In this document: positions 21,392 through 32,186 of the stretch, piece by piece
Layout: every line of letters begins with the position of its first letter
Numbering within the stretch: the stretch's first letter is position 1
Assembly: GCA_963747475.1 (NCBI GenBank)
Contig: CAVVFE010000007.1
Coordinates: 23,963-87,962 of the forward strand
Length of the DNA: 64,000 bases
Direction: 5' to 3'
From: an uncultured Bacteriovoracaceae bacterium
GTDB lineage: Bacteria > Bdellovibrionota > Bacteriovoracia > Bacteriovoracales > Bacteriovoracaceae
Made by a program: the position numbers and the translations under genes
The notes under the pieces: generated by a model
What the model was told of the DNA's origin: nothing
Databases searched by the model: none
The model's input: the letters and a program-made list of their open reading frames with translations, nothing else

Positions 21392-22315
21392 TTAGCTTAT
21401 AGTGTGAACTTCTTGTTCCAAGACTTTTCTTCCAGCGGACGGTCGAACCGCCTCACCAAAAGATCTGCCCAGATCATCGGAATACCGGCCAACAACTTTA
21501 AGAAATTTTTTGTGAAAGCCAGAATCTTTGTTATGTAGGAAAAAATTGTCAAATCTTGAGTGTTCTACATCAATTCTCTTAAGTCCTCCGAGGATGCTGG
21601 TCCTGCAGCCAAGGAAGTTTTCGACCGTTTCGCTGATGGTGAAAGCGACTCTTTCGAATTGCGCCTGAGTCGAATACATATTCACGAGAAGATGATTTTC
21701 TTTCACGCCAAACTTGGACGTAAGAACTTTGATAAGAGAGTAAGAGTCAGTGATGGACGCTTTGTCCGGAGTGACGACCATGATTCTTTGATCGCAATAA
21801 GCGTTAAGCACCAATGCCTCTTTGCTAAGCCCGGCGGGACAATCTAGCATGATAAAGTCATACTCTTCTTCATGAGCGTTTATAATGTCTATAATGAGCT
21901 CTTCCAAGCGAAGCTTTGATTCGAAAAGGTCCAAGTCTCCATTGCATGCTGAAAGAAGATGAAAATTATTTTCTTTATAGAGACAGTCTTCAAAAGATTT
22001 TTGGGCCGTCAAAAGAGAGTAGAAGTTTGAGTTGTTTAAAGGAAGGCCTAGCCTTATTGCGGTGTTTGAGAGGTTATAATCGCAATCTATCAAAAGAGTT
22101 TTATGGCCTTGAGAAGCGAGCTCTTGAGCGAATTTGAGAGCGATGGACGTCTTCCCCACCCCGCCTTTTCCGCCAGTAAAAGAGACAGTGACGCAACGGT
22201 CCCGCCCTGATTTCTTCAGCTCGTTTTTGCGACTTTGTCTTTCATGAATGAGAGCTTGAACTTGTGTGTGATACGACGAATTGAACGACAACAACCATTC
22301 GCTGGTCTTCTCCAT
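21392..22315 (-). CDS. flhG: MinD/ParA-type flagellar number regulator FlhG (FleN/YlxH)
   Basis: Intact ORF with deviant Walker A GGKGGVGKTS. It lies between flhF and fliA. A canonical N-terminal DQAxxLR activator motif is not obvious. Confidence 0.8.
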   Translation of the reverse strand: MEKTSEWLLSFNSSYHTQVQALIHERQSRKNELKKSGRDRCVTVSFTGGKGGVGKTSIALKFAQELASQGHKTLLIDCDYNLSNTAIRLGLPLNNSNFYSLLTAQKSFEDCLYKENNFHLLSACNGDLDLFESKLRLEELIIDIINAHEEEYDFIMLDCPAGLSKEALVLNAYCDQRIMVVTPDKASITDSYSLIKVLTSKFGVKENHLLVNMYSTQAQFERVAFTISETVENFLGCRTSILGGLKRIDVEHSRFDNFFLHNKDSGFHKKFLKVVGRYSDDLGRSFGEAVRPSAGRKVLEQEVHTIS

Positions 22316-22374
22316 AAACTTCCTGTCCCCTTAGCCCAAATTCCTTTCGGGCCGCAAAAATGTTATCTAAACGA

Positions 22375-23839
22375 TTATAAGTTAAACATGCCGGCCAAAA
22401 TCCTTTCGGCCGTGGCGCCTTCAATGTCGTCAGGGACAGTAGGTCCTGTCCCAAAAAACTTCAAAGGAAGCTCGTTGTGCTTATAATGCGTGTTGACCAA
22501 GGCCCCATAATTTAGGCACTGATCTACATATGAAATTATAACTCCATTCAATCTATCTTTATACTTGGAAAGAATTTTTCGGTTGTATAATTCAGAATGA
22601 ATGGCCGATATATTTGCCAAAATTTCAATCTTCTTAAAAGATCTTTTAATCGTGTCCAGAATCTTTTTTGATTCGTCCTCTTTTCCGGCGTTCACTTTGA
22701 TGTCAAGAATCACCTGCTTGCCGGCCTCAATCGCCTTTCTGGCCTCTGTCATAAGGTGTGAAAGTGTTTCCACATTCGCGACATCAAGCTTAAAAATGCT
22801 TTGGGCAAACTCATGTTTGATTTGCTCGGACTTGTTTTCTCGCAAGCGAATAATTTTTGCGTCTTCCATAAGCACAGCAAGTTTCATCGCCATCCCCGTC
22901 TGTCCGCATGAGGACTCGGAAACAAGGGCCGTGACCACAGGGACCTGACCATCAGTTTGTTCAGAGAATAGAGGCATAGAGACATTGATCATCGAGTTCA
23001 ACTCTCTAAGCCCAAAGTCAAAAAGAGTCTCTTCGTCCTCTCTCTCCTCTCTGCTCAATTCGAAACGAGCTTTTTTGACAATGGCGCTTACTATGGACTC
23101 ATTAAGGTCCAGAGTTCTAAGGCTATTTTTAAGTTCTTCAAGACCTTTTTCTTCGTCAGTCATCGCTCTCGCGGGAGTTGAGGCGTTTTTTGATAATTCA
23201 AAAAGCTTTTTCTCCAGGGCCTCGATTTGTCTGCTTTGCGAATCCAGCTGGGCCTTGAGACGGCGTTCATAATCGTTGGGTCCCATGGGAGCGTCCATTT
23301 TTTCAATTGGCGCTTCTTCCTCTCCAAATTCTTCAGTTTACTGAAGCTTGAGCGCGAACCTCTGGCTCGTGATGCTCTTCGTTTAAAAAACCGTCAAAGT
23401 CCTGCTTTTTTGCTGGGCCTCTTCCTCTTCGACGCTTAAAAAATCGTCCAAAGAGCTGTTTAAATTTACTGGAGGCCTTTTGGACCGTGTTAACGACCCT
23501 ATTGAGTCCCATGCTGCCATAGCTTGCTCCGCCAGAAGATTGCTGGCGTTGGGCCTGCGGCTCGTGTTCGTTGTATTCGTTGATCATATGATTAATAGAG
23601 CTTGAGGGCGCTTGATAAAATGCGTTTTTTTGACCGCCAAGGGCCTTGTCTACTTTGGCCTTTTTGGTGTAACTTTGCTCAGAAATCGCGGCAGTGATTT
23701 CAACTCGACCCTTCTTGAAAGCGCCTTTTAGCCCTTTGTTAGTGATGGTCTTGAGGATGATAGCGTCTGGACCAAGTTCAGTCTTAACTGATCTTAGCGC
23801 TTCGTCCAAAGTGTCCGCTTCGAATTTCTTAACGTACAT
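22375..23839 (-). CDS. flhF: FlhF-like SRP-type GTPase homologue with degenerate GTPase motifs (one frame break near 23300-23335)
   Basis: The N-terminal B-domain start MYVKKFEADTLDEALRSVKTELGPDAIIL is typical of FlhF, and the position between flhA and flhG fits. The G-domain aligns, but the P-loop reads SESSCGQTG, DTAG reads DIKVNAG, and TKLDE reads SYVDQ. Confidence 0.75.
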
Positions 23840-23909
23840 TGTATTGCCCTGCCTTCCTTTCTGGCCTTCCATCGCCCCTCATGGGCGAGGTTAACTTATT
23901 GTTTTCTTT

Positions 23910-25976
23910 TTAGACCCTTACCGTCCCGAGCGATCTGATATTGATGTCAGGACTCAACTCATTGTGGCTCACCACCACAAGGTTCGGAATAAACTTTTCA
24001 GTCAAGCGCTTAAAGTGTCTTCGAACGACTGGCGAGCATAGAACGATCATTTTTTCGCCCATATTAGTCGCCTCTTCAATTCGCTCATTGAGGCTCGCGA
24101 GAATCGTTTGAGTCAGCTTAGGATCCAATGACAACTGCTGTCCCTGCTCTGTTTGGATCAAATTTTGCGCAATTGATTCTTCTATGCCCCGATCTAGCGT
24201 GAAAAGAGGAACGTCCCCGGTCTCGCTCTTTATCCTCTCCGTGATAGTGCGGTAGAGGGATTCCCTGGCCATTTCTGTCAGAGAATCAGCGTCCTTAATT
24301 ATTGTACCATTTTCGGCAAGAGATTCAAGAATTGTCCGCAGATCTCTGATCGGAACGCCCTCTCTGAGTAAATTTTGCAAGACTTTCAGAACGACGCCTA
24401 AGTTGACGATTTCAGGCACAAGATCGTCGACCAATTTAGGATAATCCTGCTTAAAGTTATCAAGTACTTTCACTAGCTCCTGGCGGCCAAGCAGCTCGTG
24501 CATATTCGCCTTAAGAACTTCCGTAATATGGGTGGCAATGACAGTGGATAAGATCGACAACAGTATAGCCATTATACTGAGCGTCTTCTCTAAGCTCTTC
24601 ATTGATCCACACTGCTTCAAGTCCAAAGACCGGCTCTTGAGTCTCGACCCCATCAATTTTCTCAATGACCGTTCCAGGGTCCATCGCCAAAAAGTGGTCT
24701 GGCATCAGCTCCGCTTTGGCGACAACAATGCCTTTGATTTTGAGATTATACTCCCCTGGCTTGAGCTCCAGATTGTCCCTAATTCGAACTGATGGAATGA
24801 TAATGCCCCAGTCAGTCACAAATTGTTTTCTGATATGACTGATTCTTTCGAGAAGATCGCCATTTTGATCAGAGTCGACGATATTCACAAGCCCATAGCC
24901 TACTTCAAGCTCGACCATTTCAAGCGACAGAAGGTCCTCAAGATTTTCCCCTCCTTCTTTTTTCTCTGGACGGCCTCAATTTGAGAAGCTCGTTCCTCGG
25001 CCTCGCGATTTTTATCAATTCGAAACGCGGTGAAAGCCGATGATGGAAGCGATCATTATGAAAGGAAACATCGGAAAACCCGGCACTAGAGAGAACATCA
25101 CAAGAACGCCTGAGCGTGATGTAAAGGGCCTTTGGCTGAAAGCCAAATTGTTTCCAATTGCTCGCCTAGGCCAGTTTCTTCAGTGTTTCTTGTGGCGATG
25201 ATGCCAGCGGCGGTGGAGATGATAAGCGCAGGTATTTGGGCGATAAGCCCGTCCCCCACAGTAAGGAGGGTGAAGACTTGGGTCGCTTCAGAGAAGTCCA
25301 TTCCATTTTGAGCGACGCCGATTATGATGCCGCCCAGAATATTGACCGCAGTGATGAGAATTCCAGCGATGGCGTCGCCTCGAACGAACTTCGAAGCACC
25401 GTCCATTGAGCCGTAAAAGTCGGCCTCAGCGGCGACTTCCGCTCTTCTCTTTTTCGCCTGCTCGTCATTGATAAGACCAGCGTTAAGATCGGCGTCGATC
25501 GCCATTTGCTTGCCTGGCATCGCGTCCAAAGTGAATCTTGCGGCGACTTCGGCAACTCGTCCGGCGCCTTTGGTGATGACGATGAAGTTAATGATGACAA
25601 AGATGACAAAAACAATAATACCGACAGCGTAGTTCCCGCCAACGACATAGTTTCCGAAGGCGCTAATGATGTCGCCCGCGGCGCCTGAACCTTCAGAGCC
25701 GCCTCTAATAAGGATGTTCCTAGTGGAAGCGACGTTAAGCGATAGCCTAAAGAGCGTCACCACGAGAAGAACAGCTGGGAAGGTCGAGAAATCTAGCGGC
25801 TTCTTTATGTAAACTGAAAGAAGCAAGATGGTGATCGATCCCGCCAAAGTCAAAGCGATAAACATGTCCATCATCATGGGAGAGACGGGAATGATCATGA
25901 CTCCAAGGACGAAAAGAAGGCCAATCGCAATAGCGAGGTCGCCTTGTTTTCCGAATTGTTTTAACTTCTCTAGCAT
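23910..25976 (-). CDS. flhA: Flagellar export apparatus protein FlhA (frameshifted)
   Basis: Conserved stretches include ..[21 protein letters not shown].. and ..[12 protein letters not shown]... The C-terminal cytoplasmic domain lies in ORFs 24511-24918 and 23910-24665. The gene is split into at least 3 ORFs. Confidence 0.9.
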
Positions 25977-25998
25977 AATTACCTTTTAGTTTTGGACT

Positions 25999-27074
25999 TT
26001 AGCCTAACGCCTTTTTTTTCTTCTTCATTCTGTACACGAACGCCAATATTTCGGCCACGGCCTTATAGAGAGAGCGGGGAACGCCCTGCCCCACTTTGAC
26101 CGTTTTATAAAGAGCTCGCGCAAGCGGCACGTTCTCGACAATGGGAACGCCATGCTCCTTGGCTATTTCTCGTATTCTCATCGCCAAATGGTCTTGGCCT
26201 TTGCCCGATGATTTCTGGAGCGATCATTGTCTCCCCGTCATATTTTATCACAATGGAGATATGAGTCGGATTGGTCACAATAACGTCAGCAGTGGGGATG
26301 TCCGCCATCATTCTCTTTGTTGCCATGTCCCGCTGAATCGCTCTAATTTTCTGCTTAACTTCGGGACTACCTTCTCTTTCCTTATGCTCTTCTTTCACTT
26401 GTTGCTTGGTTTGTCTGTGCTTTTGCTTGTAGTTCCACTTCTCAAAAGCGAAGTCGGCCACCGCGACGACCACAAGACCTCCAAGAATCGAAAGAGAAAG
26501 CTTCAGAGCGAACATTTTGCCATAGCTAAACGGCCTGAGCCGCCTCTGTGTGTAAGAAAGCCGGTGAAGCTTGTGAGTTTGCTCGAGATGATCGCGTAAG
26601 TCACGGCCAAAACAATGGTGAACTTTAAGAGCCCTTTTATGACCTCTGCGATGGACTTTTTTGAAAATATTCTTTTAAAGCCGCTGGCGGGTTAATCCTT
26701 TCCGCCTTCAACTGAAGAGCGTCTGGGGCGTAGAGAATTCCCACCTGCATGACTTGAGCGATCACGCCAAGGCCCATGGAAGTGAGAAAGACCGGGGCCA
26801 CGCACTTGCCCGCCATAAGAAAGGTCTCTTGCAAGATCTCTTTGGCAAGTTCGCCCTGATAGGCGAACTTAAAGTCCAGCCCATAGAGCCACTCAATATA
26901 CTCGCTCACGAGCTCAAAAATATAAAGACTCGACATGACGAGAACACAGAGCACGCCCGTAAGGATGAGCACGCTATTGAGCTCTTTCGAGGAGGCGACG
27001 TCGCCTTTTTTCCTCGCTTCGTCCAGTTTATGCTGGGACGGCTCTTCTGTCTTTTCGCCTTGGTCGTCGGCCAT
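25999..27074 (-). CDS. flhB: Flagellar export switch protein FlhB (frameshifted)
   Basis: The start is [32 protein letters not shown]. The NPTH autocleavage motif ([11 protein letters not shown]) lies in ORF 26105-26515, and the C-terminus reads ..[13 protein letters not shown]... Confidence 0.9.
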
Positions 27075-27084
27075 TGTCTACCCT

Positions 27085-27868
27085 TTATTGAAAGAGCTGG
27101 AACCACTCGCCCAGCCTCTCCACGTACATAGTGTAAGCGACGTGAAAGAACTCCTCACTAATCGCGAAGAACACCAAAAGTCCAATCCCGATGTTCACCA
27201 CAAAACTAACCATCAAAATATTCATTTGAGGAATTGTCCTTGCCACAATCCCCATGACCAAGTTCAGTATCAAGTTAGTGAATAAAATAGGCGTCGCCAG
27301 CAAGAAACGAGGCCTGAAAAACGCCCTTAAAAAAGTCTTGATAAAAGATATGGATATTCGCGAAGTTCCCGATATTTTCCATTGTCACGCTGAAAAAACG
27401 AGTTAAGCACCCCTTTAAACATCGGGATCAGGGCCCCCGTGGTGAGAATCATGATAAGGACCGTCCACTGGATCATCTTCTCAAAAGGGCCGGTTTTCTG
27501 ATCGGCCGTCGGATCGAAGTAGCTCACGGAAGCGAAGCCGATTTGTTGGGTCATAAGCGAGCCGGAAGCGACAAATAAGATTCATAATGACTTTGACCAG
27601 GTAGCCCGTGATAAGGCCCACAACAGTGTGAAAAATGGTGAGCCACCAAAACTTGTCCACGCCCACGTTGACGACTTCTTGAACCAAGCGTTCCCTTCAC
27701 TACAGGAAAAAAAGCGTAAGAGATGACAAGAGACATAAGGACTTTGACGAGGTTTGGAACGCTCGTGTTGTCAAAAAGCGGAAGTTGAACGAGGATCGCC
27801 GCCCATCTTGAAAAAGACAGCCAAAAGGCGATAAGAACGGCGTAGTCAACAACGCTTACGTTAATCAT
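27085..27868 (-). CDS. fliR: Flagellar export apparatus protein FliR (frameshifted)
   Basis: A polytopic membrane protein between fliQ and flhB. It is split across ORFs 27551-27868, 27327-27554 and 27085-27303, and its start overlaps the fliQ stop. Confidence 0.8.
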
Positions 27869-28134
27869 CTATGCATCACCACCGCGGGAATGTTCGCGTA
27901 AAGGTCATGAGTGAATGAAGTGATCGTCTCCATCATCCAAGGACTTAAAATGACAAGAGCGAAAACAATGACAACGATCTTTGGAATAAAAGAAAGCGTT
28001 TGCTCGTTGATTTGGGTCACCGCTTGAAACAATGAAACGAGAATACCCACAACCAACGCCCCAAGAAGCATGGGGGCCGCAAGCATTAAGCGTGACCTTG
28101 ACAGCTTGGTTAGTGACTTCAATGACAAAATCAT
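27865..28134 (-). CDS. fliQ: Flagellar export apparatus protein FliQ
   Basis: Intact 89-aa two-TM protein containing ..LVSLFQAVTQINEQTLSFIPKI... Confidence 0.85.
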   Translation of the reverse strand: MILSLKSLTKLSRSRLMLAAPMLLGALVVGILVSLFQAVTQINEQTLSFIPKIVVIVFALVILSPWMMETITSFTHDLYANIPAVVMHR

Positions 28135-28149
28135 TGTTCATATATTCTC

Positions 28150-28914
28150 CTAATTGAATGACCGCAGAATGGAGCCAGTTACTAACTGCCATCCGTCCAC
28201 GAGAACAAAGAGTAAAAGTTTAAACGGCATTGATATAATGACAGGAGGAAGCATCATCATCCCCATCGCCATAAGGACAGAGGCGACCACCATGTCCAAA
28301 ATGAGAAAGGGAATATAAAGCAGAAAGCCGATCTGAAAAGCGGTCTTAAGCTCAGAGATGATAAATGCTGGAATGAGGTAGTGAAGAGGCACGTCGTCCA
28401 CTGTCTGCGGCGCCGGCTCTCCTGTCACTTCGTAAAAAAGCCCAATGTCCGCCTTTCTTACTTGAGACGTCATAAAGCCTCTAAGCTCCCCTTCAATTCC
28501 CGTCAGGGCCTGAGTGGTCGTGATTTGCTTGTTCATATATGGCTCAACGGAGTTATTGTAGATCGCTTTTCCAGTCGGCATCATCACAAAGCCAGAAAGG
28601 AAAAGAGCAAAGCCCACCAAAAGCTGGTTTGGAGGCATGCTTTGTGTTCCGATCGCCTGTCTCATAAAAGAGAGGACGACAATGATTCTCGTAAAAGATG
28701 TCGTGAGAATAATAAAGGCCGGGGCGAGGGTCAAAAGGGTAAAAAGAATCACGACCTGCATGGTGTCCACGAGATCGGTTCCTTGCCCAAAATTAACACT
28801 CAGTCCTGGCAGATTCACAGCGCTAGTTTGCGCAAAAGCTGAAGGGCCGACGAACAAAAGCGCCGGCAACAACAGTTTCAAAATGCGAATCGCTCTTCCT
28901 AAGCAATTACTCAT
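28150..28914 (-). CDS. fliP: Flagellar export apparatus protein FliP
   Basis: Intact 254-aa ORF with ..FTRIIVVLSFMRQAIGTQSMPPNQ.. and ..FLLYIPFLILDMVVASVLMAMGMMMLPP... Confidence 0.9.
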   Translation of the reverse strand: MSNCLGRAIRILKLLLPALLFVGPSAFAQTSAVNLPGLSVNFGQGTDLVDTMQVVILFTLLTLAPAFIILTTSFTRIIVVLSFMRQAIGTQSMPPNQLLVGFALFLSGFVMMPTGKAIYNNSVEPYMNKQITTTQALTGIEGELRGFMTSQVRKADIGLFYEVTGEPAPQTVDDVPLHYLIPAFIISELKTAFQIGFLLYIPFLILDMVVASVLMAMGMMMLPPVIISMPFKLLLFVLVDGWQLVTGSILRSFN

Positions 28915-28930
28915 TAATAGGTCCTTTATT

Positions 28931-29571
28931 TTATTGAAGGGGCTTTAAGCTTTTCGCCTTCTTTCTAATTTGGTCAGAGAACTTAACTTTGTCTTTCATT
29001 TTCATATAGTCCGAAAGAGAGGACTGCTTGTTTGACTGTGTGATGTCCTCTTTAAGCTTCACCTTGTCCATCGACTCTTTGCTTATCTCAGCGACGTTAA
29101 GGTTGTCGTCAAAGTTGTCTCCTGCGATTTTGCGCTCGCCCTCTTTCAAGTACCCAGCAACGTCTCTTATTTCAGAAATGGGATGGATGCCCGCTTCGGT
29201 GTTGCTTACAAGAAAGACTTGGTTATGGGCCTTGACCATCATAAGGCTTTTTTTAGGAGCGATATAGGTCTGAGAGACGACCTGAATCTGGTCCGTTTTG
29301 TTTAAAAATCCTAGTTTGCCTTTTTTGATAAATCCCTTCTTCATCAGTGTCACAATTCCGTAGAACAACAGGAGCGTCACCGCCAAAAATGCAACAAACT
29401 TGCCACCGTACTCAAGCAGTGAAAACGATGATTTGGAGGACTTGGTGGCGCTGACCGATCTGTCGCCGCCAGTGTCGTTTTGACTTTGTCCGAGTCCACC
29501 TTGGCCTTGATCACTTTCCTAAGCTCCACCTTCCTCTTTGGCCTGGAGTCCATCTTTATAAGAGAGTTCAA
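28931..29571 (-). CDS. fliO: FliO-like single-TM protein (frame break near 29380); possibly continuous with 29583-30072
   Basis: The TM VAFLAVTLLLFYGIVTLM is followed by ..QVVSQTYIAPKKSLMMVKAHNQVFLVSNTEAGI.., which resembles the FliO core. The gene sits immediately upstream of fliP. Confidence 0.55.
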
Positions 29572-29582
29572 ATAATCTTCAT

Positions 29583-30072
29583 TTAGATAATCGCCTTTTT
29601 GACTTTTCGCGGAAGCCTTTTTGCCGGCGCCTTTGCGACTGAAGGAGCGGGTTTTTTGGCCTTTGGTGCCTTCTTCAGCGCCACTCTTGGAAAGTTAAGC
29701 TCGATTTTCCCTTCCTTAATCATGAGCGAGACCTTGTCGGCCTTGTCATTCATGGTGAAAGGAAAATTCGGCCTTTAGCCTTGAGCTATTTCCTGCGAAG
29801 TTGGAGACATTTAGCTCAGTGTCTCTGCCGGAAGTGGCAAAAGAGACTTTTTTTGAAATTTCTCTTTTGATTTTAGAGTCAGGAATCACGACTTGGATGG
29901 TGGAGCCAGACACTCTTAGCTCAGGGTAGTCCTTCAGGGTCCCTTTGTAGCTCACCGTAAGACTTCCCTGTTCTTTGCTGGCGTCAAAATCCATAGATTG
30001 AATCTCCACGGAAGCTTGAGCGACTCCCATTAAAAGTGAAGCTATTAAGGTAAAGGTCTTAAAAAGTTTCAT
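29583..30072 (-). CDS. Secreted beta-rich (AMIN-like?) domain protein between fliN and fliO (frame break near 29750)
   Basis: Signal peptide MKLFKTFTLIASLLMGVAQA is followed by SVEIQSMDFDASKEQGSLTVSYKGTLKDYPELRVSGSTIQVVIPDSKI.. and then a Lys/Ala/Pro-rich linker. The AMIN resemblance is by eye only. Confidence 0.4.
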
Positions 30073-30114
30073 ACGATTCCTTCGTGATCTCTTTTTTGTG
30101 AATTGTTTGTTTTT

Positions 30115-30492
30115 CTATTTAAGCGTCTCAATTCTTTCAAGTGGACTGATGATGTCAGTAAGCCTAATGCCAAATTTCTCGTTCACAACGACGACCTCGC
30201 CTCTGGCCACAAGCTTTCCGTTCACAAGCACTTCTAGGGGCTCGCCCGCGAGCTTGTCTAATTCAAGAACTGAGCCCTGACCTAGTTGAAGAAGGTCCTT
30301 GATCACAACTTGGGCCCTCCCAAGCTCTACGCTTACTTTAAGAGGGATGTCCAAAATAAAGTCCAGGTTTTGCACCTTGAGCTTATTAAGAGCGTCATCT
30401 CCAGTCTTAATCTGGTCGGCCAATTGAGCGATGGCGTCTTTTTGGTCCTGGTTCATCGCCTCTTGATTCTCAATGTTGTTGTTGTCTTCCAT
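30115..30492 (-). CDS. fliN: Flagellar motor switch protein FliN
   Basis: Intact ORF with the SpoA-type C-terminus ..VSVELGRAQVVIKDLLQLGQGSVLELDKLAGEPLEVLVNGKLVARGEVVVVNEKFGIRLTDI... Confidence 0.85.
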   Translation of the reverse strand: MEDNNNIENQEAMNQDQKDAIAQLADQIKTGDDALNKLKVQNLDFILDIPLKVSVELGRAQVVIKDLLQLGQGSVLELDKLAGEPLEVLVNGKLVARGEVVVVNEKFGIRLTDIISPLERIETLK

Positions 30493-30521
30493 GTTTTGCC
30501 CTTTTTAGATGCTTTGTATGC

Positions 30522-31517
30522 TTAATCTTTTAGTCTTTTAGTGATTTGAACGGCCCTATTGCCTTTATACTCGCCCGCCAGGCAGTAAAGCTTTTTGGTC
30601 CCCTCTATTTCCACAGCGAGCTCTCCAGAGACTTCTTGGTGAAGAGGAATAATGTCCCCCTCTTGAAGCCCCACAAGGTCTCCCACGGTCATCTCAGTGT
30701 CCCCTAGCTTAACGACCGCTTGAGCAGTCGCTCCCTGAACATGATCGTGCATGGACTGAGTCCAGAGACTGTCCACAACGTCGTTCTCTGATTGATAGCT
30801 GGAGCTTAGTTTCTGCTTGATTGGCTCGATTGTTGAGTAAGGAATCACCACCATAATCGTTCCAGACGCTGACTCAAACTCAACTTCGAAGGTCGTGGTG
30901 ATAATAACGTCTGATGGCGGAACAACGCCGACAAATTGCGGGTTGATTTCTGTTCTCATGTATTGAGCGTCGATTTTATGAACAGGGGCCCAGGCCTCTT
31001 CGAGATCTCCGATCGCCATGTCCATGACTCTTTTCATGAAAGAGAGCTCAATTGATGTGAATTCTTTGCCTTCGATTTTTGTGAATGGCCTGTCAGTGCC
31101 GCCAAAATAAGAGTCAATGATCGCGTAAGCAAGCTTTGACTCAAATACGAGAAGCGCCGGTCCTCTGAGCTCGTTAAAGCGCATGATGGACATGCAACTA
31201 GGAATTGGAAGCGTGTTGACAAATTCGCCAAACTTCAAAAGATCTGTCGAGATCATTGAGATGGTAGAGATTTTTCTAAGCGAGTTTGAAAGCGAGACTC
31301 TAAACGAGCGGATAAACCTTTCGTAGATGATTTCCAATATGGGCATTCTGCCACGGATGACCCTGTCTTGGTTGGTCAGGTCATAAGGCTGGATATTATC
31401 GGACGACTCCTCGTCCTCATAGTCCTCGTCGAACCCAGACTCGACCTCTCCCTCACCGTCTTCATTTACGGCGCTTAAGAGCGCGTCTACTTCGTCTTGA
31501 CTTAATACTTGGGCCAT
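30522..31517 (-). CDS. fliM: Flagellar motor switch protein FliM
   Basis: Intact 331-aa ORF. The N-terminal LSQDEVDALL is the CheY-P binding motif, and ..RGRMPILEIIYERF.. is also present. Confidence 0.9.
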   Translation of the reverse strand: MAQVLSQDEVDALLSAVNEDGEGEVESGFDEDYEDEESSDNIQPYDLTNQDRVIRGRMPILEIIYERFIRSFRVSLSNSLRKISTISMISTDLLKFGEFVNTLPIPSCMSIMRFNELRGPALLVFESKLAYAIIDSYFGGTDRPFTKIEGKEFTSIELSFMKRVMDMAIGDLEEAWAPVHKIDAQYMRTEINPQFVGVVPPSDVIITTTFEVEFESASGTIMVVIPYSTIEPIKQKLSSSYQSENDVVDSLWTQSMHDHVQGATAQAVVKLGDTEMTVGDLVGLQEGDIIPLHQEVSGELAVEIEGTKKLYCLAGEYKGNRAVQITKRLKD

Positions 31518-31581
31518 CTTAATCCCCTCCTGGGCTATCTATGGTGAAAGCTTCCTGCTTTCACGCTGGTTAAAGTCCAAA

Positions 31582-32136
31582 TTAGTTTATTTGGAATCCA
31601 ACATAAAAAATGTCTACGACTTTTCCGTCGATTAAAAAGGAATTGATCGCGGACTTGATCTGTTCCTTTAAATAAAGCTTGCCGTCCCTTTTGAGAATGT
31701 CCTCAGGCCGCTTCGAGTTCAAGATGCCGATAATAGTGTCTCTAATCTGCGGCTTTCTCGCCTCGACTTCAGCGATCTCAGAGTCTTCGCTGAGCTTCAA
31801 CACAGCATTGAGCCTGACATACCTTCTTGGTCCGTCTCCTTGGGCCAAATTCACGGTGAAGGTCTCGAGGTTAATAAGAGACTCGCGTGAAATGTTTTCC
31901 AAAGGCCTATCTTCCGAGACCAAAGGATCCTCTTTGGACGCGTTAGCTTGCTTTAATAGTTCTGAAAGATCAGGGCGTTTCGCCTCCATCTGCATGAACT
32001 GATATTGATAAAACGCGACAAGGCCGAGCGCCACAGCGTTCAGTATCAGTAATAATGCCACTAGAGGGTTTTTACGGCTGGTGGATTTTTCGGAGGAATC
32101 CGCTTGAGCTACTGATTCCTTCTCTTCTTCTGCCAT
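31582..32136 (-). CDS. fliL: Flagellar basal-body-associated protein FliL
   Basis: Intact ORF with a single N-terminal TM and a C-terminus ..FTVNLAQGDGPRRYVRLNAVLKL....VVDIFYVGFQIN typical of FliL. It is the first gene of the cluster. Confidence 0.8.
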   Translation of the reverse strand: MAEEEKESVAQADSSEKSTSRKNPLVALLLILNAVALGLVAFYQYQFMQMEAKRPDLSELLKQANASKEDPLVSEDRPLENISRESLINLETFTVNLAQGDGPRRYVRLNAVLKLSEDSEIAEVEARKPQIRDTIIGILNSKRPEDILKRDGKLYLKEQIKSAINSFLIDGKVVDIFYVGFQIN

Positions 32137-32186
32137 TGACCTAAACTCCTTTCAGATTTCGAACGACTTCCTGTCGCCATGTCAAA

